From: a virus
Lineage: Duplodnaviria > Caudoviricetes
IMG/VR virus record: IMGVR_UViG_3300021347_000002
Span: 1 to 61,446 of that record
Reading direction: 5' to 3' (one strand)
Length of the DNA: 61,446 nucleotides
This document shows positions 9,184 through 19,100 of this stretch, in pieces (positions within the stretch are counted from its first letter, which is position 1; every line of letters starts with the position of its first letter). The translations under genes and the position numbers were made by a program. The notes under the pieces were generated by a model. The model made no database searches, was not told the origin of the DNA, and saw nothing but the letters and a program-made list of their open reading frames with translations.

Positions 9184-10137
9184 ATGGACATCGCTCAGGA
9201 AATGGAAGCTTTGAAGATGCAGGACATCTTCAGGGGAGGTCTAGACGCTGCACAACAAATGCAGTATCAAAGAGAAGTTGAGATGCCTGAACAAGCTCAT
9301 CTTGCTAAGATGGCGAATGCCGCTATGCAGGCTGAGAACCTAAGAATCTCGCAAGAGACTCAGAGTTTTAAGTTAGAAGAACTTCGTCGCAAGGCTAAGA
9401 ACGAAGCCGAAGCCCATCAAATGATTCCTGATTTCGTTGATGCTCAACTAGGTCTCGCGAACGATCCTTCTAAAGATGCGTTTGAAAAAACACAAGGTAT
9501 CGCTGCAATCTACGCGCAGCTACCGCCCTCCGCCCTTACTAATCCCGCAGTTACTGCGGTGTTTGGAGCAGCTAATAGCATGGCCCAAGCTCAGTTTAAT
9601 TCTGAGAAATACAATAACGAGCAGAAGGAGAAGCAGCAGAGACTCCAACTGGCTCAAGATAGCAAGCGCGAGGCAGAAAACCAGAAAATCATGGAGGCTT
9701 ACGCTAAGTCTGGTAACGTCAAAGCACTTGAAGAGATGGTGACTAGCCAACCCTCTGAACTAGGAAACGCTTACCTCAGCATAGCGGGTGACGCTCAGAA
9801 GAGGGCGCAACTAGCACAAGCTGAGAAGACCGCAGAGCAACGCGATAAAGAGGAGAAAGCGCGCTTCGATATGAATGTCGCTAATATGAAGACACTAACT
9901 GCTATGGAGATTGGTGAAGGCGATGACATTGATTACAGCGACGCGGCTAAAACTGATTCTCAGTGGCAGACAATCAACACTATGCTCCTTAACCAATACG
10001 GTATTGATCCCTCACAGTTCCCTTCCGCTTTTGACGCTCGCCGTGCGGCATTAACTGCTGCTCAAAAAGAAATGGGAGGAACCTCAGCCGTCACAGAAAG
10101 CGCAGCAAGCAAAATTTCAGGCTCTATGGGCCGTTAA
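9184..10137 (+). CDS. Putative internal virion (ejection) protein
   Basis: Ala/Gln/Glu-rich coiled-coil composition; position just before the giant ORF. Confidence 0.5.
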   Translation: MDIAQEMEALKMQDIFRGGLDAAQQMQYQREVEMPEQAHLAKMANAAMQAENLRISQETQSFKLEELRRKAKNEAEAHQMIPDFVDAQLGLANDPSKDAFEKTQGIAAIYAQLPPSALTNPAVTAVFGAANSMAQAQFNSEKYNNEQKEKQQRLQLAQDSKREAENQKIMEAYAKSGNVKALEEMVTSQPSELGNAYLSIAGDAQKRAQLAQAEKTAEQRDKEEKARFDMNVANMKTLTAMEIGEGDDIDYSDAAKTDSQWQTINTMLLNQYGIDPSQFPSAFDARRAALTAAQKEMGGTSAVTESAASKISGSMGR

Positions 10138-10171
10138 ACACAACACTACATCACCCTAAAATAACTCAGCT

Positions 10172-13100
10172 ATGACTGAATTCCAAGATTACTCAGATTG
10201 GGTAAAGCAAAGACCTGTCTCTTCAGACAGCACCCAAAACAAGGTAGACTACTCAAACTACCTCCGTAAAACCCACCTCGACTCGAATGAGTATTCTCTT
10301 GAAGTCGAGAACTCAATCCAGAACGAGCTTTATGGTAGCTTAGTTTCGTCAGGAGACATTGAAGAAGGCGATGTAGACGCATTTAGTTCTCTCACTACTC
10401 CTCAAGCAATATCGTCAGAGGCTAAAATGGATATTATCCAGTCTCGCATCGACCCTAAAAGCTCTAGCTGGCAGGCTATCACTGCTTATAAAACTGCGGA
10501 AGCAGACGGTCTACCTCCAGAAGAAGTTCAAAGATTGAAAACCAACGCAGGGTTTATCGCTGATCGGGAATATGACTCCATGAAGAGGCAGATGGTTCGC
10601 AATGGCGAGCTAGCCTTCGCTGCTTTCACTAACCTTGACGGAAGCCGTGAGATTGTCGCGGGCGATGCTGCTATTGGAGCTAACCTTAGCGATGCTTTGA
10701 AAGCTTCTAAGATGGGAGAAGTCACTTTATCTGACGCGCTTGCCGCGCAACAGCAGATGACTCCTGCATTTGGAACTAAGGTTCCCGCCTTCAAAGCTTC
10801 TCGCTATAGTCAAGCTTCAGCTATTATGTCTGAGTTGATTAGGGGCGATGAAAAAACCAACAACCTCCTACAGGCACACGCAGAACTCCGTGCTGGCGAA
10901 GAAGATGAAGGCTTCATGGACCAAGCGGCTAATGTGGTTAACGCGTTTGGTGATGCATTTGTAGGTATTTTCTCTTCTGAGAAACGGGAGCAGAACTCTG
11001 CTATGTTTAGAGCAAAAGATGTGACACGCGACGAAGCGGTCGCAGACATGATGCTTCGTGTCAACAGCTCGAACGCTTTACCGGAAGGTGAAGAGTTTAC
11101 TGCTCAAGAGATTGGAGCAGCCTTTGACCACGCGGTCCTTGAACGTGCGACAGCACAAAACATGTTTGACCAGTATACTGGTGAAGAAGCTGGACGCAAC
11201 CTCCGCATCTCTTCGACGGGTATGCCAATCATGGCGAGCGACGTTCTCGCAAACGAAGATCTCTTCAACGATACGGTTAAAGGATCTACTCTAGACGATA
11301 ATCAGAAAGATTTTCTTAGGCAGACTCGCACGTCAGTCCTTACTGACCGCTTTGAAGACTACTCTGAGATGTTTAAGCGTAGTGCTGTTGAAGACCAATG
11401 GAGCCAAGCCTTAATCGAAGGAGCCAACCAAGGTAAGAAGAATCATGAGATCTTAAATGACTTCTTGAAGGACGAAGACAACTACAGCCTCGTTACCCAG
11501 CGTTCAAAGGGAATCGCGTGGTCCCTTGTGAACTCTATCGGGACTCTGGCAGCAGCTATTCCAGCAGCAGCAGGTAACAAGATGGCTACTGACTACTTGG
11601 CCGACGTTGCTCAGAAGAATTCTGACAGGCAGCAAATTGCTCGCCTCTTTGGGCAGGAATATGGATACGCTGGCGAGATTGGTGAGACTATCGCCCCTAT
11701 GGTTACGGATATCTCGGCTACCGCCTTCCTTTCAGCCGGAACTTTCGGAACAGGAGGAGCTGCGTACGTTGCAGCGAAGTCTGGTTCCGTTGCAGTGGCT
11801 AAGACAGTCACTAAATCTTACGTCAACCACGTAGTTAAGAGTGTTCCAAGGTCTGTATTCAGAATTAAAGGAGCTAAGTATCAAGGTAAACTCTCTGACG
11901 CGATTAACATCGCAGTTAAAAAAGGTCACAGCGACCTAACGATGGATGTCTTGAAGGAATTCAACAGCGAAGTCGTCCGTAAGGCAGGTATCGCGAGTGC
12001 TGCTGCTATTCCGGCGGCTACTCGATCAAGTGCTGCTACCTACGGTGCCATCACCAATGCTCTTAGGTCTGATACAGATATGTCAGACGAAGAGATCCGC
12101 GACAAAGCTTTGGGTGCAGGTATGATGAGCGGGGCTATCACCGGAATTATTACTGGTGGATTCTCAGCACTCGGTAGGGGTGGTCTTGATGACGCTCTGC
12201 TTCGCGGGATGACTTTCCGTGACATGACTAAGGTGGTTAGCAAGATGACGAACGTCACGAACAAAACTAACCTTGATGCAAATGTTAAAGCGGCTCTTCG
12301 TAAGAGCATCGCAGAGTCTGCTAAGAAAGCAGGACTCGCTTCAGCGGCGTTAACGAAGAAAGCTAGTAGGATTAGATCCAGAGCGGGGGAGATTGCTGTA
12401 GCAGTAGGACGTAACTTCGGGGATGAAGCTGTTGAAGAAGGTCTAGATGAGTTCTTCAACTCGTTCGTCGAAGATGCCGCATTGGATCAAGACACTCCAA
12501 TGTTTGAACGACTCAGCCAGTCATACCACGCTGCTGTATTAGGTGGTATCATGGGTGCTGGTGCGCCTGCCGTACAGAAAGCTGGTGCAGCTCTACGCCG
12601 CCAGAGAGGGATCACCTTTTCACAGGTTGATAGGATGACTTCTGAGGTTGCCCAGAGTGCGTCGGAAAACCTCAAGGCTAATGGTAGCCCTGTTGCAGCA
12701 GCAGTCCTTGAACGTCTTTTCCAGACTCCTTTACGTGAGATGGTGGCCGCACCTGAAGTTACAGAAGCTGCACCTGAAGTTACAGAAGCTGCGCCTGAAG
12801 TTACAGAAGCTGCGCCTGAAGTTACAGAAGCTGCGCCTGAAGTTACAGAAGCTGCACCTGAAGTTACAGAAGCTGCACCTGAAGTTACAGAAGCTGATAC
12901 CTTAGAGGAGGTGGTAGAAGAGCCAACAGAAGTTGAAGGCGATCCTGCTTCGGTGGAAGAAGCCTTTAAAAATAATCCAGATGAAGCTAAGGATCTGAGT
13001 CTTGACGAAGTTAATGAAAGGGAATCCAACGAGGAACCTGATAAGAGTAAGCCTCGTAAGAAGGCTAAGAAGAAAGTCGGCAAGAAGAAAGTAGCTAAGA

Positions 13101-16100
13101 AGAAAGTAGCTAAGAAGAAAGTAGCTAAGAAGATAGAGGAAGAGGAAGAGATAGTTTACGACCTCGATGAAGAAACGATGGCTGATCTTCAGGCAGAGCT
13201 TGAAGAAGAAACAGGACAAAAAGAGGCTGAACCCACTCCCGCTGAGGAGACTGCCGCTAGAAAGGCTGTAGCTAAGAAGGCTGTAGCTAAGAAAGCTGCT
13301 GCTAAGAAAGCTGCTGCTAAGAAAGCTGCTGCTGCTAAGAAGGCTGCTAAGAAGACTGTAGCTAAGAAAGTAGTAAAGAAGTCTAAGCTAAAGAAAAGAA
13401 TAGAACGGAAAGAAAAAGATCCATTCTATATCGTCCCTGATCCTAAACAAGCTAAGAACTTCTACAACGAAAAAGACTTCCTATCGTCTGGAGTTAACCC
13501 TGAAGAAGTTACTGATGAGAATGGGGAGATAGTCCTATCCACAGAAGAGCGTGAAATTGCTGATAAAGTATTCGCCTTATCTAAAAAAGGATTCCCTGTA
13601 AACTTTACGAAACAGGCTAGGTATGGTGTAGACCTATCTAAACATCAAGAAAATGACGGGCGAGATAGGATCTCTACAGTCCTAGCTAGAGAGGTATATA
13701 ACCGTTTCCCTGTCCTGCAACCTACTGAAAGCACTGCGAAAGGATTAGATAAGTTTTCTACAGGTGCTGCTAAGTATGGGGCAAAGAAAGTAACGCACTA
13801 CGATCCCGTTACAGGGAAAAGAAAAAATTTATCCGTTAAAGGATACCTTGATATAAATGGGAATGGCGTCTTCAATAATGATCCTATAACCATGACAGAG
13901 ATGTTGGCTAGAGACATACCTGTCTTTATCCCTAAAGAGTTTAGGGACAGCCCCCTTCTCAATCCTTCTTTCACCAACCATTTCGATCCTCAATCAGGTC
14001 AGCTGTTGGGGCTACAGAAGCCACATAAAAAAGACCCGAACAGAATTGAGCTAGTCCGTAAGGAGATTAGGAGAACAGAGGAGCCATATGATTTTAGTGC
14101 GTTCCTCTCACTAGCGAATCTTAAATTCATCAGACCCGATGATAAGCCAGCCTACAAGCAGATACGCTCGTGGAAATTTATTATCGGTAAAGAGGAAGGT
14201 AAGGCACCTGCTCGTGGGAACTATCTTGAGGGTTCATTCATTAAGAAGACAGGCGATAGCGTTTTTGTAAGGAGAAAGGCTGAAGATGCGGATACTGTAA
14301 AAATTAACGCCCTACGAAAAGAGCTTAAAGCTCTAGAAAACACGCCTTTCAAAGACCCCGAAGCAAAAGCGGCGGCTAGGAGAAAGATACAGGACAAGCT
14401 AGCTCTAGCTAGAGGTAGGACCATCACTATCCCTATTAGCAAACTCAGCGATTTTGATCGGAACTGGGTGGAGAATGTCCCTACGGATAAAGAACTCAGT
14501 GCGCCCGACCCAACACTACCTCTTGGAGTTAGCCTGACAAATCCAAGGACAGGTATGCCTATTGAGGCATCTAATAAGACTAGGCACAAGATGAGTGATG
14601 TCCTCCGCTCAGTAGGTGACTTCGCTACCTTAGCATTGCCTCTGGCCTCAGAGGCAAATGTAACTTTGTCTGACGGGTCTACTGCTTCCTCTAGGGGCAT
14701 AAAGGCTGTTACAAACTTATTGGCTCCGGCTTCAAGAGAATCTTTTAGAAGGTTGGAGTCAGCGATGGGCTTCAGTGTAGAGAATATCGTCACTGAGATT
14801 GAGATTGAGTATGAGATTTTACTTAACTTCTTTAATATCCGCCAAGAAATTCTCACTGATCAGCAGAAACTAGGTAAAAACACTACCCACAAATTAAGTC
14901 CTTTGCAATTTAATAAGGGAGTGGATCTACTTCTTAGACATATGTCTCTGGACGTAGATGAAAGTTCTTTAAGGACTCAGAAAGGTATAATCAGTAAGCA
15001 AAAAATAAAGAAGGCGCGTATGCAAGCAGCGTCTGACTTGATATCTCGATACAGCGATAACTATGGCGGGTCACCCATAGAAAACGTGAGGAACTTCCTC
15101 CTCAAAGATGTAGTCAACAATAAAAGATTCATGGAAACCGGCAGGATGCCGGACCTCATGGGTCTTGTAAGGTTGTCTGCTGATAAGTATGTTAAACAGA
15201 GCATTACGAGAGGTAGCGTAGAGAAGGAGCGTGATACCGAGTCTTTAGATGATCTTTCCTTTGAAGGTTCTATCGGAATGTTTGACGCTCAGGCAGTAGT
15301 AGGTAGCCTTGATATGTTGGATGTCGATTTGGGTTCGCTCCCTGACAGTTTTGCTAGTATCGTTGACCGTGCTATCCTAGAAGTAAATGAGAATGAAGAA
15401 TTGAGGGGTGAGTTAGAGGCTCTTTACATTGATTCTATCCTCATCAACAGCCCTACCTCATCTATCGACGAGGTTCCTAACCTTAGCACCAAAAACCTAA
15501 TCGAGGGGGTCGCTGATATCATAAGCATGGCGGGTTATGATTCACCATCATCCAAGAATGCTTTAGCATTTAAGAGGGCGGTTGAGCAAAGCGAATACTT
15601 CACACCACAATCTAGTCTTCGCATAGCTTTAGAGTCTATCTACTACGGGGATGGAGACCCTGTCAGGATTGGTAATTACCTAGCTAAGTTGAAACGTCGT
15701 CAGGATAGATACAGACCTGACCTGTCTATCTCTGAGTATCGTGCCTATACAGAATCTTATGAAGAAGGTGAACGTATGGCACTTGAAGAAGAGCGGGGAG
15801 AACCTATTACTCTCACAGAGAAAGGCATGGAGATTGCCGCCGAAGGGGGAGCTACCCCAACTCGTTACGCACGGAGACTGGTTCGTAAAAAGCAGGAGAA
15901 AGAATCTGTTCCTGCCATTGAAGGCTTGTCTACTGTAAAAGAGCAGATGGATATAGTCCAAGGTAAGGATGTCTTCGATGCACTTAGTGAGGAAGATAAG
16001 AACATAATCAAAGGCATTCAGGCTACCGTCTTAAAAGGAGATCTGAGTCTCGAAGAGAAAGAGAACCTCAGAGATATAACTTCTAGGATCATCAGCCCTA

Positions 16101-19100
16101 GAACTTCCGAATCTGAATTGGAAGAGATACGGGATGAGGTGAAAAGGATTATCGGTAGAGCGAACAACAACGCTTCTCAGAACTCAGCATCGCAAGCAGC
16201 GACTCCGATGGAGCGTAAGCTGATGCGAGCAGATAACATAGCTGAGATCGGAAGGCTCGGCCTTGAGCATGACAGCCCTGACACAGTCGTTGAGGCACTC
16301 AAGACTATCTCTACTGAGTCAGACAATCCATCACACAAGTTAGTGGCCGATCTTCTTTTGGAAGACGAGAGCTTCCTAAGTTCAGTTGACTTCCATATTG
16401 TGGATAGCCCAGCAAACTTCGCTGGTCAGTATGTCTACCGGACAGATGGAACTCATCGGGTAGCAATCAACATCGACACAGGTAACAAGCTCGGACTTGA
16501 GAACGTCCTGCTTGAGGAATACGTCCACGCGTTCTTGTCTGATGTAACTAAATCAAATGCCGATCAGAGGTCTGACCAGCAGAACGAGGCTGTTGAAAGA
16601 CTCAACCGGATCTACAAGCTAGCAGAGAAACAGTATCGCGCTAAGGGTATTAAAGATCCTATGCTGGAGGATGCCTTCGTGGATTTCGACGAGTTCTTAG
16701 CTAAGTTCTTATTGTCGCCTAAGCTACAAGCTAGCATCAAGTCACTGGAAGCTCCTGCTGACCAGCGTGGTTTCTTCAAGAGGATCATTGATTCTATCTT
16801 GTCCATGTTCCGCAAGCGTAAGGTATCGAAGACTGAAGCTGTTGAATACGGTAAGGCTCTACAGGATGTCATCGACCTAGCGAAGTCTCCTACCTTAGCA
16901 CAGCTCCCTCCTCTGACACAAGACGCAGCGCGAGTTGCGAAAGAAACTAGTTCCATCCTGAGCCGTGTCCAAGAGGAGACAGTCAAGCACGAGGAGCGGA
17001 AAGAGAACCGCATGACCTCTGAAGAAGCGGTCGATGATACTGTATCCGATGAGCCAGTCACTTTCGAGTCTGAGAAGAGTCGTAAGATCATGGAGGTTGA
17101 GGCTTACTTACGGAGTAGGATTCCAAGAGGGCTATCTCTACAGGAAGCAGCCCTTCTAGACATAGGAAGTATTGCTCGGTTAGATCAAGGAAATTTCAAC
17201 TCAGATGGAATACAGATAGTTGAGTTCGACTTTAAAGCTTTTGAGGTTGCGACCAGAGGAATGGATATGGTTGGAGCTAAGGTCTACGCAGAGAAGACTC
17301 TACTGCATGAGACGATTCACTCTGCTTCCTATAACGTCCTTACTGTTGAAGAGATCACTACGCTAGAGGAGTCCCTCTCAGATGAGGACTACGCTTCTAT
17401 TGCTGAGACATACTTCAGAACCGACGAGGCTATTGCAGAGGCAAAGGCAAAACTCGATAGTGAGAATGTAGAGGAAGCCGCTCTCATCAGGAGGCAACTC
17501 GCTGAGGAACATCTCCGTATGAACTCAGAGCGTATCCTCTCTGGAACAACTACTGAAGAGGACGCTGAGTTCTGGTCGTCTGACCCATCACTACTGAGCA
17601 TTATCGCCCGATACGTCAGATCAATGTTCGCCCGCCTCGCTGCCATCAGACGCGCTCAAGGTGGCTCAGGTGTTCTAGATGAGATGCTCATCCGTATCCA
17701 CGATGAGGTCACTCTCATCCAGAACGGTTATGTTAGCTATGATCCTTCGATGGAGTTCAACACCGACGACCCTGAAGAATCTTTAAACAAGTTCAATGAG
17801 ATATTGAAGCGAGACATCGGTTCAGGACAGCCAGAAGGAGTAGCTCTTCAAGCTCAAGTCGGGGCATCCTCCGCAAGTGACGTAGACTTCTCTAATATTC
17901 CAAAGCTGCTTGAGCTTTCGATGGTGGAGTTCAAGACTTACAAATCTCCAAAGACTTGGTTCGCTAGAAACTTCAAAGGAGATGTTGACCTACCTGTCAA
18001 ACGGATCATGGAGCAGCGCGCTGAGTTTGAGAGAGCATCAACTCGTGTCTTGAAAACATTCCACACGGAATTCAATAAGATCATCGAAAGAGATTTCGGT
18101 GAGATGACTCAGGAGTTGAGTGATAAGATCAATCTAGCCCAAGGTTATTCTCCCACCAGCCTCGTCAAAGAAGAATTCTACAGAGAGGTAGAGGAAGAAC
18201 ATCGCCTTACAGTAAGGCAGATAAATAAAGATGACTCACTCACTGACGTTCAAAAGAAAGAACAGAAAGCAGAGTCTCGCAGAATCAAAGAGAAGAAGAT
18301 TGAAGAGTTAGAGAACGTCAAGATCGCAGAACATCAACAGTCCGTTGATAAAGCACTGGATGATATCAGGCAAACGTCTCCAGACCTCGCTGCTAAGATC
18401 ACTCTGATGCGTGAGGAACTCATCCGACCTATCCAGAAGATCATGACTAAAGAGGATTCCGGTATATCGGAAGAGCTTAGGGCTAGGATCGATAGGACTG
18501 GTGGGATCTACCTTACGAGACAGTATAAGATCTTCAACGATCCGACATACGCTCAGAAGGTTCTGGAAGATCCTGACTTCCAGACCGCTCGTGAGTTCGC
18601 TATCGAATACTTCACGAATCAGATGGGACTCTCGGAGGCTGACGCTACTGAAGCCATGAAGGTGTTCGTGCAGCAGTATGACACTGGACTCCAAGGAAGT
18701 GGGACGCCCCTCACTAAGTCTTATAAGAAGATCATGAAGAACCTTTCACGCCGGAAGGATCTGCCGATTGCACTTAGAAATCTTATGGGTGAATATGGTT
18801 TAGAAGAGTCTACTAAAGGAGAGCCAGCCACCAACCTCCTGCTTAGAACCTTTGCTACCGTGTCTTCACTAGCTGCACAACAGAAGTTCAGAAGTAACAT
18901 TGTAAAGTGGGGAGACGAGAGCAAATCAATCATCAGCAAAGCAGACAGAGATGCAGACACAGAAAAGTTCGGGGACTATGTTCTCTTGCTTGATCCTAAG
19001 ACCGCAGTCAAAGGTGATCCACTAGCTGGTATGTATGCCGCAGCTGATACAGTAAAAGACCTAAGAGAAGTCCTCACGGCATCCCCAATAGGAATTGATT

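Noticed and set aside
12487-13219. Antisense and alternate-frame ORFs with SVTSGAA, LKLQKL or LLSYF repeats
   Set aside because: Shadows of the tandem repeats in the giant ORF.
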